From the NCBI GenBank assembly GCA_045047115.1, contig JASFYR010000008.1, positions 64,001 to 128,000 of the forward strand: a stretch of 64,000 nucleotides of DNA, in the 5' to 3' direction. Shown here in pieces: positions 46,642 through 56,446 of this stretch (the first letter of the stretch is position 1; each line of letters starts with the position of its first letter). The notes beneath the pieces are model-generated. The model had not been told where the DNA came from. It was given only the letters and a program-made list of their open reading frames with translations, and did not search any database. Position numbers and translations under genes: made by a program. The DNA comes from Sulfurospirillum sp. Its GTDB lineage: Bacteria > Campylobacterota > Campylobacteria > Campylobacterales > Sulfurospirillaceae.

Positions 46642-47808
46642 CTATTTTTTATTTTCTAAATAGTTCAGCAGATTAAACAATTCTTGATTTTCTTCGTTTA
46701 ATTTGGATTTGTCAAGGGTCTTGAGGTAGTATCTTAAAAATGTCAAAGAGCTGTATGGATAGGGTATGTTTGATTCTTCAAAGCGGGCTATTATAGCTTT
46801 TGAGTAACTTGCTTTTTTCCACATAAGTCTGTCAAACAAAAATGCCATAGAATCAAGTATCTCTATAAGGCTTTTTATATTTTTTTCATATGAGGATTCA
46901 AATTTTTCACTAAATTCATTGAAAAAGTGTTCAAAATACTCATCAGTTATGGGTAAAAGCATTTCATTTTCTTCTCTTAGGGTGCCAATATAGTCAATAG
47001 CATCGACATAAAGACTCTTTAGATGCTTGATATTATGCTTAAGAGTTGTGAGTTCCAGATCATCTTTGTTGAGTTCTCCTAGCTGAGCCATTTTCTGTTT
47101 AATTTCACTTTCCATTACGCTTAGACTTGCTTTTAGACTCTTCATGGCGGAGATATTTCTCTCTAAGCGTTTTTTTGCCTCCTTGTATCTTGTATATCTT
47201 AAAAATATATTTGAAAATGCAATTTTTGGGTACATATAGCTTTTTTTGTATATATTGTATATATCATTTATGTTTTGAATGTTTTGATAGACTTCTGTGA
47301 GATTTCCATCAGCAAGTGAACTGTCTATCTCCAAAAGATTGTTATAAGCGGTAAATAAAAATCTTTTTATCCTAAAATAATCCAATCTCTCGTCACCTGA
47401 TTGAAGTTCATAATCTTTGTATTTACTGACAGTATCCCTTAAAGAAGAGAAAAAATTGTTCATTGTGGTATTTATAAAGTTTTTTGGAACAGTTTTTATA
47501 GAGTAAAAATCCGGGTCAATTTTTTTATCAATTGACTCTATATTCTCATCTGGCAAGCTTGTTTGGAGTATAGTCTTTTTTGCATCTTGTATATCTATGG
47601 GATTGTTGGTTTTAGTATCGGCTTTGGACTGCTTCTTGATACTTTTGGCAATCCCGTCTTCCAAGACAAAAGAGACCTTTAGTCCAATCTGCGGTAAGTT
47701 GTCTAAATCATCCCAAGATTCTATATCAAATCTATACTTCTGTTTTTCATTTGAAAGTATCAAACCAGTGCCATTATCAGTATTGTAAAATATAATAGTT
47801 CCATTCAT
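46642..47808 (-). CDS. Hypothetical protein with N-terminal cold-shock-like OB fold and central coiled coil
   Basis: M.G.I..YN...G.G.I......Y.F....W......P..G..V.F; heptad-rich middle region. Confidence 0.7.
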   Translation of the reverse strand: MNGTIIFYNTDNGTGLILSNEKQKYRFDIESWDDLDNLPQIGLKVSFVLEDGIAKSIKKQSKADTKTNNPIDIQDAKKTILQTSLPDENIESIDKKIDPDFYSIKTVPKNFINTTMNNFFSSLRDTVSKYKDYELQSGDERLDYFRIKRFLFTAYNNLLEIDSSLADGNLTEVYQNIQNINDIYNIYKKSYMYPKIAFSNIFLRYTRYKEAKKRLERNISAMKSLKASLSVMESEIKQKMAQLGELNKDDLELTTLKHNIKHLKSLYVDAIDYIGTLREENEMLLPITDEYFEHFFNEFSEKFESSYEKNIKSLIEILDSMAFLFDRLMWKKASYSKAIIARFEESNIPYPYSSLTFLRYYLKTLDKSKLNEENQELFNLLNYLENKK

Positions 47809-47873
47809 ATAAACACCTTTGACATAAGCATAGCATATTATTTTTTAATATCCTATATGATAGAATTCTACCT

Positions 47874-48497
47874 ATGATTAATGAAACTTTTTTACTCGAT
47901 ATCGCAGATTTTATCGGAATAGCATCCTTTGCACTTAGTGGTTTTTATATCGCAACCAAGGATAGACTGGATATATTGGGTGTATTTATAGCCTCTTTTT
48001 TGACGGCACTCGGAGGCGGTATCATAAGAGACATTATAGTAAACCGTGCACCTTTTACATTTTTGCACTCTTATCCCTCTTTGATTGTTGTTTGCGTGTT
48101 GGTTTTAAGTGTTTTGTTGGGACTGCATAAAAGCGATAGGATTTTAAAGAGCAAGCTTTTGATTCTTAGTGACTCTGTCGGTCTTATCTCTTTTTCTATC
48201 TCAGGTTCCCTAGTGGCTTTACAGGCTGGATTTAGTCTCTTTGGGGTCAGTTTGCTGGCGGTTATCACAGCAACGGGAGGAGGAGTTATGAGAGATATTC
48301 TTCTAAATAAAATACCACTTCTTTTGGTAAGTGAACTCTATGGCACCATATCCATAATGGTGGCTGTGATTATTTTTATTTTAAGTATCTGTGGTGGTGT
48401 AAATTTTTTCACACTGGGCATAGTGTTTGTTGTGGCTCTTGCATTTAGGCTTTTGGCATATTATAAAAAATGGCATTTACCACATTTGAGCGATTAA
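47874..48497 (+). CDS. Trimeric intracellular cation channel family (UPF0126/YadS) protein
   Basis: Two repeats: IG..SFALSG..TALGGG..RD and D.VGL..F..SG..TATGGG.MRD. Confidence 0.92.
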   Translation: MINETFLLDIADFIGIASFALSGFYIATKDRLDILGVFIASFLTALGGGIIRDIIVNRAPFTFLHSYPSLIVVCVLVLSVLLGLHKSDRILKSKLLILSDSVGLISFSISGSLVALQAGFSLFGVSLLAVITATGGGVMRDILLNKIPLLLVSELYGTISIMVAVIIFILSICGGVNFFTLGIVFVVALAFRLLAYYKKWHLPHLSD

Positions 48498-48534
48498 AGT
48501 TAATTTGCTATAATTGTAACAAAAGGAAAAAGAT

Positions 48535-49719
48535 ATGTATGAAGAAATGGACAAAGATTTTGTATTAAATACTTATGCGAGAAATTGTGTAAATTTTAAG
48601 CAGGGTATCAATGCAACACTCTATGATGACAAAGGCAAGGATTATATAGATTTTACAAGTGGCATAGGTGTGAGTAGTGTGGGGCACGGCAACGCAAGAC
48701 TTGCAAATGTCATATGTGAGCAGGCAAAAAATCTGATACACACTTCAAATCTATATCTAATCGAACCACAGGCAAAACTTGCCAAAAGACTTGTTGAGCT
48801 AAGCGGTTTTGATATGGCAGTATTTTTTGGGAACTCGGGTGCTGAGGCAAACGAGGGCGCTATAAAGATAGCCAGAAAATATGGTGAGAAAAACTTTGAT
48901 AACAAAAAATATAAAATTATCACATTGGAAAATTCATTTCATGGCAGAACCATCACAACAGTAAAAGCAACAGGGCAAAAAAGCTTTCACAAATCGGATT
49001 TTAGTCCATACCCGGATGGTTTTTCATATGATAAAAATATAAAAAAGATATATGAGTCTATAGATGATGAGACTGTGGCTGTTATGATTGAATTGGTTCA
49101 AGGAGAGGGCGGAGTCCAGCCTTTTGCAAAGAGTGAAATCAAAGAATTAGCAGATTATCTAAAAAAGAGAGGTCTCTTGCTTATCGTAGATGAGGTGCAG
49201 ACAGGAGTTTATCGAAGCGGTGAGTTTTTGGCGACAAATCTGTACGATATAGAGCCTGATATCATCACTTTGGCAAAAGGACTTGCAGGCGGTGTGCCTA
49301 TCGGAGCTGTGATGACAAAACATAAAGATATATTTGAGCCCGGAGATCACGGAAGTACATTTGGAGGAAATTTTTTAAGTACAAGAGCTGGATTGGAAGT
49401 TATAAGTATATTGGACAGCTATAAAAACAGCGGTTTGCTTGATGAGACATTTTTGTATTTTGAAGAAGAGTTATCAAAAATTTGTAAAAGTTTTCCAAAC
49501 TTTTTTACAGAGCATGTAGGTCTGGGACTGATGAGAGGTTTTAGATGCAAAGATGCCGATACCCTCTCTAAAATCATAGATGCTTGTTTCAATGAAGGAC
49601 TTTTAGTTTTAAAAGCCGGTAAAAATACACTCAGAATGTTGCCCCCTGTTACGATAAGTAAAGATGAGATAAATGAAGGATTTAAAAGGATGACAAGTGC
49701 GCTTGATTGGCTGTCTTAG
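48535..49719 (+). CDS. argD: Acetylornithine aminotransferase
   Basis: YIDF.SGI.V..VGH, NSGAEANEGAIK, SFHGRT, DEVQTG, TLAKGLAGGVPIGA, HGSTFGGN. Confidence 0.92.
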   Translation: MYEEMDKDFVLNTYARNCVNFKQGINATLYDDKGKDYIDFTSGIGVSSVGHGNARLANVICEQAKNLIHTSNLYLIEPQAKLAKRLVELSGFDMAVFFGNSGAEANEGAIKIARKYGEKNFDNKKYKIITLENSFHGRTITTVKATGQKSFHKSDFSPYPDGFSYDKNIKKIYESIDDETVAVMIELVQGEGGVQPFAKSEIKELADYLKKRGLLLIVDEVQTGVYRSGEFLATNLYDIEPDIITLAKGLAGGVPIGAVMTKHKDIFEPGDHGSTFGGNFLSTRAGLEVISILDSYKNSGLLDETFLYFEEELSKICKSFPNFFTEHVGLGLMRGFRCKDADTLSKIIDACFNEGLLVLKAGKNTLRMLPPVTISKDEINEGFKRMTSALDWLS

Positions 49720-50875
49720 TTTAGGTATTGTTTCAGTTTTTACTATGGTGCAAGCTGGAAATGTAACGCTTTTGTCAAAATTAAAACAAGATATACTTGC
49801 AAATGAAAAAAAGACAAATGAATTAAACAGTGACAATTTAGAAAAGAGCTGGATAAACAGTGTAGTAGGCTCTTTTTCATATAGCAATAGCGACTCAAGT
49901 GGTGAAAGAAGAGAGTCAAATACCCTTTCTGTGTCTATAAATCAGCCGATTTTTAAGAGTGGAGGTATATATTATGCTATAAAATATGCTGATGCAAACA
50001 GGGGTTTTTTAAGAATCAGTACCAAGCTTAATGAACAGACAGAGATAAAGACTGTGCTCTCTTCACTCTATAGCCTAAAAAAACTAGATTTGCAGATTCA
50101 AAAGCAAAAGTATATGATTGACAATGCCAATATAGATATAATCAGAAGAAAAGAGCAATATATAAGCGGTTTTTTGGATAGCAGTTATCTAAATCAGGCT
50201 ATACTTTCGCAGAGTACTCTTCAGAGGTCACTATTGGATATGAAATCAAGCAGGCTTGAGCTTCTAAGAACACTAAAGTCATATAGTGATGCCGACATAG
50301 ATACTGTTTCTCTTCCTCATTTTACGCTGATAAATAAAACAGAATTTTTAAATAAATCTCTATTGTTGAGACAAAAAAACAGTGAAATAATAAAAAACAA
50401 TTACCTTAAAAAGATGACACTCTCAAGCTATCTGCCAACAGTGACTTTCAGTGCAGGCTACTATGATACACGAGATTTTGGTACCAGAAAATATACAAGC
50501 TTTGGGTTAAGTGTGAGTATGCCTCTTGTGGATATAAACAGAGGCAGAAGCATAGAGATAAAAAGATTGGAGTATCTTAAATCAAAACTCGAACTTCAAG
50601 ATACAAAAAGAGCAGAGAGTGAAACTTTTGATTTGGCTGTAAAAAAGATAAAACTTTTGGAGAAGAAAATTGCTTTGGCAAAAGTTGATTTGAAACTGTA
50701 TGATTCGCTTTTGCTGTCCACAAGGGACTCATACAAAGCAGGTGAGAAGACTATATATGATGTAGATACTCTGAAAAATTCTAAAAACACGATGGCTCTT
50801 GATATAAAAATCTTCAAAACAGATATAGAGCTCTCCTTATTAGATTTATATGCGAAGATGAATGGAAAAATTTAG
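49697..50875 (+). CDS. TolC family outer membrane efflux protein
   Basis: Signal peptide, SINQPIF..GG, YLPTV...A.Y, G.SVSMPL, helical repeats. Confidence 0.8.
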   Translation: MRLIGCLSLGIVSVFTMVQAGNVTLLSKLKQDILANEKKTNELNSDNLEKSWINSVVGSFSYSNSDSSGERRESNTLSVSINQPIFKSGGIYYAIKYADANRGFLRISTKLNEQTEIKTVLSSLYSLKKLDLQIQKQKYMIDNANIDIIRRKEQYISGFLDSSYLNQAILSQSTLQRSLLDMKSSRLELLRTLKSYSDADIDTVSLPHFTLINKTEFLNKSLLLRQKNSEIIKNNYLKKMTLSSYLPTVTFSAGYYDTRDFGTRKYTSFGLSVSMPLVDINRGRSIEIKRLEYLKSKLELQDTKRAESETFDLAVKKIKLLEKKIALAKVDLKLYDSLLLSTRDSYKAGEKTIYDVDTLKNSKNTMALDIKIFKTDIELSLLDLYAKMNGKI

Positions 50876-51896
50876 CTCTTATATGCAAGATTGGCTCTAT
50901 GGCAAAGGCGGATACTATGAGAGCCACAAAGAGATAGGTAAAAAAGGTGATTTTTATACTGCTGTTAGCAGCTCTATGTTTTTTGGCGGTTCAATCAGTA
51001 AGAGGCTTGTGAGCGTTATAGAGAGTGGTTTTTTAAGTCCAACTTGCAATGTTGTTGAGATAGGAGCTCACAAAGGTTACCTGCTGGCTGATATAGTTCA
51101 GTTTATATATACACTGAAACCTGAGCTTTTAAAGACATTGAATTTTGTGATAATCGAGCCTTTTGAGCAAAATAGAGATGCTCAAATTGAGTACTTTAAT
51201 GAGTCATTTGGAGGTGCTGTAAAACTGAGCCATTTTTCATCGCTTGCAGAGTTAAAGTGTGAAGAGGCTTTTTTTGTAGCAAATGAAATATTTGATGCAT
51301 TTACATGTGAAGTGGTAAAAAACGGACAGATGCTGATGCTTGAAAATGGAACTTTAACCTTTGGGCAAATGGATGACGCAACCAGGAAACTTTCAAATTA
51401 TTATGATATACATAAAGGCGAGATACCTTTGGGATATGAAGAGTTTGCGCAAGATATGTTTGGAAGTGCCAAAAAATACGAATTTATAACATTTGACTAT
51501 GGTGACAGATATGCACGAGAGGACTTTTCTCTCAGGGTTTATGACAAGCACAATGTGTATCCTTTTTTCTCACTTACAAGGTTTGTGAAAGATGAAAACA
51601 GAGATAAAAACTTCAAAGATTTTTATAAAAAAAGTGACATTACTTATGATGTAAATTTTGACTATCTTATAAAAGCTTTTGAAAAAAGTGGAGCAAAACT
51701 AGAGATGTTTTCCAGTCAATTTTCGGCTTTGATGAAATTTGGCTTGGCTGAACTTTTGGAAATATTACAAAAAAATTCCACAGAAGCTGTCTATAAAAGA
51801 GAGATAGACAAAGTAAAAATTCTCATAGACCCATCTATGATGGGAGAGAGATTTAAGATGGCAGCATTCAGAAAAGAGTTCGAACCCAGTTTATAA
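50862..51896 (+). CDS. SAM-dependent methyltransferase, MidA/NDUFAF7 family
   Basis: FS.YM..WLY...GYY.....IG..GDFYTA, EIGA..G.L, ANEIFDAF, DYG, DIT.DVNF, MGERFK. Confidence 0.9.
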   Translation: MEKFSSYMQDWLYGKGGYYESHKEIGKKGDFYTAVSSSMFFGGSISKRLVSVIESGFLSPTCNVVEIGAHKGYLLADIVQFIYTLKPELLKTLNFVIIEPFEQNRDAQIEYFNESFGGAVKLSHFSSLAELKCEEAFFVANEIFDAFTCEVVKNGQMLMLENGTLTFGQMDDATRKLSNYYDIHKGEIPLGYEEFAQDMFGSAKKYEFITFDYGDRYAREDFSLRVYDKHNVYPFFSLTRFVKDENRDKNFKDFYKKSDITYDVNFDYLIKAFEKSGAKLEMFSSQFSALMKFGLAELLEILQKNSTEAVYKREIDKVKILIDPSMMGERFKMAAFRKEFEPSL

Positions 51897-51979
51897 ACAG
51901 ATAAAAATTGTCTTATTTAAAAATAAGTATAAATTTGTTATAATATAATTATAATCTAATTAAATTATAAGGAATTAAA

Positions 51980-52549
51980 ATGAAAAAAAGTATATTGACC
52001 ATAGGTATTGCTACTGCTTTATTGTCACTTTCAGCCCAGGCTGCTGGTGATAAAGAGATTAAAATGGAAGCAAAGAGTGCTATTATGAAGCTTGGCAAGA
52101 CATTAAAAGCTGAAGTTGTTAAAAATATGAAGGCTCACGGACCGCAGAGCACCGCCTATTTTTGTTATAAAAGTGCAGGAGATCTTACAAAAAGAGTTAA
52201 TGCTACTTATCCAAAAGGGATAAGCGTGAAGAGGATTTCCCTTAAAAATAGAAACAAAAATGCTTATCCTGTTGCAAAAGATGAGTTTGCAATGCTTAAA
52301 AAACTACAAAAACAGGTAAATAATGGCAAAAAACTTCCAAAGATGATAGTAGAAAAGATCTCTGAAAATCACTACAAAGTCTATAAGCCGATTTTTGTTG
52401 GTAAAAAATGTCTCGTCTGCCATGGAGATGCAAAGCATAGAAACAAAGATGCGTATAAGACTATAAAAGAGAAGTATCCGAACGATAAAGCTATAGGCTA
52501 TAAATTAAATGACTTTAGGGGTGCATTTGTAGCGGAGATAATAAAATAG
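51980..52549 (+). CDS. Periplasmic DUF3365 (Tll0287-like) c-type heme protein
   Basis: Signal peptide, RISLKNRN, CLVCHG, YP.D.A.GY...D.RGAF. Confidence 0.88.
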   Translation: MKKSILTIGIATALLSLSAQAAGDKEIKMEAKSAIMKLGKTLKAEVVKNMKAHGPQSTAYFCYKSAGDLTKRVNATYPKGISVKRISLKNRNKNAYPVAKDEFAMLKKLQKQVNNGKKLPKMIVEKISENHYKVYKPIFVGKKCLVCHGDAKHRNKDAYKTIKEKYPNDKAIGYKLNDFRGAFVAEIIK

Positions 52550-52554
52550 AATGA

Positions 52555-52581
52555 TAAAAGGCTCTGGTGTGGAGCCTTTTA
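52555..52581. terminator. Bidirectional rho-independent terminator
   Basis: AAAAGGCTCT-GGTGT-GGAGCCTTTT between convergent genes. Confidence 0.7.
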
Positions 52582-52590
52582 CTGATCGCT

Positions 52591-52971
52591 TTAAAGTTCC
52601 AAGTCTGTATTTTTTTGTTTTATTTTTGTATCTATCTGCGCTACAGCGATTGCAAAACCACTGTCATGTGCTATAGACAGGTTTAAAGCGATTATATCAA
52701 ACTCATTTATTAAGTGCTTGGAAAGTTTAAAGTAGGGTTTATTTTTTTCATCTTTAAAAATTTGTATATCAAAGAAGCTACATTTTTGACTTATTCCTAA
52801 ACCTAATGCTTTTGAAATTGCCTCTTTTGCAGCCCAAAATCCAGCTATTGTATTTGTTGATTTTGCCAGTTTTATCTCTTCGATACTAAGAAATTTACTA
52901 AGCGCTTTGTCGCCAAAACGCTCTGTAAATCTTTTTATTCTGTCTATTTTTACTAGATCTATGCCTATCAT
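52591..52971 (-). CDS. acpS: Holo-[acyl-carrier-protein] synthase
   Basis: IGIDLV.I.RI, AGFWAAKEA.SKALG.G, LSIAHD..FAIA. Confidence 0.94.
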   Translation of the reverse strand: MIGIDLVKIDRIKRFTERFGDKALSKFLSIEEIKLAKSTNTIAGFWAAKEAISKALGLGISQKCSFFDIQIFKDEKNKPYFKLSKHLINEFDIIALNLSIAHDSGFAIAVAQIDTKIKQKNTDLEL

Positions 52972-53498
52972 TGAACAACAAAGTCGGTAAAAAATATATT
53001 TTTTATCTGTCCATCTGCCAAAACATCATTTATTTTACTGACGATCTCATCTTTTAGTCTACTTTTACCTTTCATGGTGCTCACCTCTTCAAAAGTTTTT
53101 GAAGACAATACTCTGATGATGATATCTCTTATAAGAGGTTTTTTCTTATCTAATTCAGCAGAAAGTTCAGGCTTATCCATCTCCAGGTCGATAGTGGTTT
53201 TTAAGAACCTGCTACCATTTTCGCTAAGTAAATTTACTATAAATTGGCTCATAGGATACATAGGTCCTACAGTTAGATAATCAGTAGACCTTTTAGTTGC
53301 CCGCTTTACCGTCTTGGTTTGTGCTTGTGGTGCAGTAGCATCAACCGCAGCATTATTTGAGCCGCTGAGTAAGAAATAAGCAGCCAATCCTCCACCAACC
53401 AAAAGTAGAACAAGAAGTACTATCACGATGATAAGCACCATGTTTCCGCCAGATTTTTTTTCTACTACCTCTTCTTCATCCGTTTTTTTATCTGCCAT
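52968..53498 (-). CDS. fliL: Flagellar basal body-associated protein FliL
   Basis: N-terminal TM, F.VNL....G.RFL, IRD.II..LS.K, I.NIFFTDFVVQ. Confidence 0.94.
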   Translation of the reverse strand: MADKKTDEEEVVEKKSGGNMVLIIVIVLLVLLLVGGGLAAYFLLSGSNNAAVDATAPQAQTKTVKRATKRSTDYLTVGPMYPMSQFIVNLLSENGSRFLKTTIDLEMDKPELSAELDKKKPLIRDIIIRVLSSKTFEEVSTMKGKSRLKDEIVSKINDVLADGQIKNIFFTDFVVQ

Positions 53499-53555
53499 AA
53501 TTGGCTCCTTGTTTTATATTTTCTATAACTTATATCGTAAAATCTAAAAAAAATT

Positions 53556-54905
53556 TTACATCCACTCTATCAACTTTGGTACTTCATCGATATTGTAACA
53601 TTTTATTCCATCTATCTCTTCGATTGGAAGCGTAGGGACTATAGCTTTTGTAAAATGTTGACTCTTTGCCTCTTTAAGCCTTGCATCAAGGTTAAAAACA
53701 TCTCTTATGTCTCCTATGAGACTTACTTCGCCCAAAAATACAGTGTCTTTACTGATAGGCCTGTCTCTAAAGCTACTGATGATAGCAGCTATGATAGCAA
53801 GATCTGCTGCAGTTTCATTTATTTTGATACCGCCTGCTATGTTTATAAAGACATCGTATTGATTAAGTGGAAGGTCTAGTTTCCTCTCTAAGAGAGCCAA
53901 AAGCATTGTAAGCCTGTTGAGTTCATAGCCAGTAGCGCTTCTTTTTGGATTTGGATATCCGCTTTCGCTTACAAGTGCCTGGACTTCAAGTATGATTGGG
54001 CGAGAGCCCTCCATGACAACTGTCGTGGCGGAGCCTGATTGGGCATTGCCTCTTGTGAAAAACTTTTTGGAGACATCTTTTGCACTGAGTAGTCCTCTTT
54101 TTGTCATCTCAAAGATTCCAACCTCACTGGTAGAGCCAAATCTATTCTTAAACCCTCTTAAGAGTCTTAGCTCTCTTGAACTGTCACCTTCAAAATATAA
54201 AACAGTATCAACCATATGCTCCAATACTCTGGGTCCGGCGATGGAACCTTCTTTAGTGATATGCCCTATGATAAAAACTGCTACACCACTCTCTTTTGCA
54301 TATCTCATCAAATCAAAAGTTATCTCTCTTACTTGCGAGACACTTCCGGGAGCTGCAGTAAGTTTATCACTAAATACTGTCTGTATGGAGTCAATTATCA
54401 AGATACTGAAATCTTGTTTGCCTAACTCACCAAATATCGTATCTAGTCTGATTTCCGATAAAAGATAGAGATTGTCACTATTGCTTTGTAGCCTGTCTGA
54501 GCGAAGTTTTATCTGACTTGCTGACTCTTCCGCACTGACATACAAGACCTTTCTGCCATTTTGTGCAAGGTTTCCGGCAATTTTCAGTAGAAGTGTTGAT
54601 TTGCCGACCCCGGGACTCCCGCCTATGAGGACCATACTGCCATTTACTATGCCTCCTCCTAAAACCAGATCCAGCTCTTTGTCGCCACAGCTGTATCTTT
54701 GTATCTTTTCATGCTCGACTTGAGTTATAGGAATTGCTCCAATAGAATCTTTTTTTTGTACTCCTATGTCTTTCAATGCCTCTATCTGCGTTGAATTTAA
54801 CTCTAAAAATTGATCCCAAGCACCACAGTTTGGACACTTTCCCAGCCATTTACTGCTTTGGTGTCCGCAAGCCTGGCACTCAAACAGAGTCTTAGCTTTT
54901 GCCAT
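53556..54905 (-). CDS. radA: DNA repair protein RadA/Sms
   Basis: CQACG...KWLGKCPNC, GGSPGVGKSTL, GH.TKEG.IAGP..LEHMVD, KNRFG. Confidence 0.97.
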   Translation of the reverse strand: MAKAKTLFECQACGHQSSKWLGKCPNCGAWDQFLELNSTQIEALKDIGVQKKDSIGAIPITQVEHEKIQRYSCGDKELDLVLGGGIVNGSMVLIGGSPGVGKSTLLLKIAGNLAQNGRKVLYVSAEESASQIKLRSDRLQSNSDNLYLLSEIRLDTIFGELGKQDFSILIIDSIQTVFSDKLTAAPGSVSQVREITFDLMRYAKESGVAVFIIGHITKEGSIAGPRVLEHMVDTVLYFEGDSSRELRLLRGFKNRFGSTSEVGIFEMTKRGLLSAKDVSKKFFTRGNAQSGSATTVVMEGSRPIILEVQALVSESGYPNPKRSATGYELNRLTMLLALLERKLDLPLNQYDVFINIAGGIKINETAADLAIIAAIISSFRDRPISKDTVFLGEVSLIGDIRDVFNLDARLKEAKSQHFTKAIVPTLPIEEIDGIKCYNIDEVPKLIEWM

Positions 54906-55782
54906 CATCTCTTACAAAGATAGACTCTAATATAGTCTCTATATACTCATCGGCATCAAACGCCACAAGGTCATTTTCACTCTCTCCGACACCAACATAT
55001 ATGATGGGAAGCTTTAACTCCTTTGCTATTGCAAACAGGGATCCGCCTTTTGCAGTGCCATCTAGTTTTGTGATGATTATAGCATCAACTCCAACTATCT
55101 CATTAAAAGCTTTTGCCTGATTTATAGCAGAAGTTCCCTGTGTACCATCTAGTATCAAAATCTTCCTGTCTGGTGCTCCTTTTTTTGCTTTATCGCAAAT
55201 CCTAACTATTTTTTTAAGCTCATTTGAGAGGTTTGTTTGATTGTGCAGTCTGCCTGCGGTGTCGATAATTACATTGTCCATATTTTTAGCAGTTGCAGAA
55301 CTTATGGCATCAAATGCAACAGCTGAAGGATCATGTCCCTGTTTTGTAGAGACTATAGGGATATCAAGTTTGCTAGCCCATCTGCCAAGCTGCTCAATAG
55401 CTGCAGCTCTGAAAGTATCTGAGGCTCCCAGTAAAACTCTTTTTCCTTCCTTTTTATAGTTGTGTGCAAGTTTGGCTATGGTTGTTGTTTTTCCTGCGCC
55501 ATTGACACCAATCACCAGGTCAACAAAAGGTTTTTGTACCTCTTTATCCTCTGATTTATCGTATATAAAATATGATTTTAAAACTCTCTTTATGTCTTTT
55601 TCTTCCACTTTTTCTTGTGGAGGCAGATAGTAGATGATCTCTTCTACGAGTTCATAGGGCACATCCGATTCTATAAGAATCTCTTCAAGAGTATCTTTGT
55701 CAATTTTTTCAACTTTTTCTGGCAAAACCTCTTTTATGACATTTATGGTTTTACTGAGCCCTTTCTTTATAAAGCCTATCAT
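54892..55782 (-). CDS. ftsY: Signal recognition particle receptor FtsY
   Basis: GVNGAGKTTTIAKLA, DTFRAAA.EQL, DTAGR, TKLDGTAKGG. Confidence 0.96.
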   Translation of the reverse strand: MIGFIKKGLSKTINVIKEVLPEKVEKIDKDTLEEILIESDVPYELVEEIIYYLPPQEKVEEKDIKRVLKSYFIYDKSEDKEVQKPFVDLVIGVNGAGKTTTIAKLAHNYKKEGKRVLLGASDTFRAAAIEQLGRWASKLDIPIVSTKQGHDPSAVAFDAISSATAKNMDNVIIDTAGRLHNQTNLSNELKKIVRICDKAKKGAPDRKILILDGTQGTSAINQAKAFNEIVGVDAIIITKLDGTAKGGSLFAIAKELKLPIIYVGVGESENDLVAFDADEYIETILESIFVRDDGKS

Positions 55783-56354
55783 TTTTTTAGTGCCGACGCT
55801 ATATCGGAATCTATCATCTCTTCAGGAATGGCGCCCAGATAGTGCGTAACATAATCACCTTTTTTATCATACATCAGCATAAAAGGTATATTTCTGACTC
55901 CACCTATTTCGGCTGCAAAAGCTTGATTTGTGGGTGAATTTGTGATTGTGTAATTGATAGCATGGTAGTTTATAAAATCTTTTAATTCATTTTCATCTTT
56001 ATTGGACTCTATCAATACACCTATGATTTTAAGTTTTCCTTTATACTTCTCCTGCAGGTTGTTTAGATGGGGAATTTCTGCTTTGCAAGGCGGACACCAA
56101 GTTGCAAAAAAACTCACCAATACAACCTCATTTTTTGCATTTGAAAAGGTAAAGCCTTTGGCTGTTTTTGTTATCTCTATTTTTTTACCATCAGTAGTTG
56201 TTAAAACTATACTGTTGCTGTTTTTTTGTATGATTTTGGCTTTTTTAATCTCTTTTTTAACATTGGCATTTTTAGTTTCATTTTTTTCTTTAGAGCATGA
56301 AGCGAGGATTAGAGCTAAAACAAGCAACAAAAGATACGAGTATTTTTTCATCAT
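55779..56354 (-). CDS. TlpA-family thiol-disulfide oxidoreductase lipoprotein
   Basis: Lipobox LASC, F.ATWCPPCKAEIP.L. Confidence 0.9.
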   Translation of the reverse strand: MMKKYSYLLLLVLALILASCSKEKNETKNANVKKEIKKAKIIQKNSNSIVLTTTDGKKIEITKTAKGFTFSNAKNEVVLVSFFATWCPPCKAEIPHLNNLQEKYKGKLKIIGVLIESNKDENELKDFINYHAINYTITNSPTNQAFAAEIGGVRNIPFMLMYDKKGDYVTHYLGAIPEEMIDSDIASALKK

Positions 56355-56404
56355 AAAAACCTTTTTATAAAAATAAGGATAATATTGTATAAAAAATTTG
56401 CTTA

Positions 56405-56446
56405 AAAGCTAAAACAATGAAAAAAGAAAGCTAAAACAATGAAAAA
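56405..56446 (+). repeat. 20-bp direct repeat (period 22) spanning the ygfA start
   Basis: AAAGCTAAAACAATGAAAAA at 56405-56424 and 56427-56446. Confidence 0.8.

Noticed and set aside
54892..55782. Short FtsY lacking the acidic N-terminal domain as a possible truncation
   Set aside because: NG-only FtsY is normal in this lineage; all GTPase motifs are present and the gene is coupled to its neighbours.
56355..56438. 6S RNA, which in many bacteria lies upstream of ygfA
   Set aside because: The spacer is only ~85 bp, AT-rich and lacks a long closing stem.
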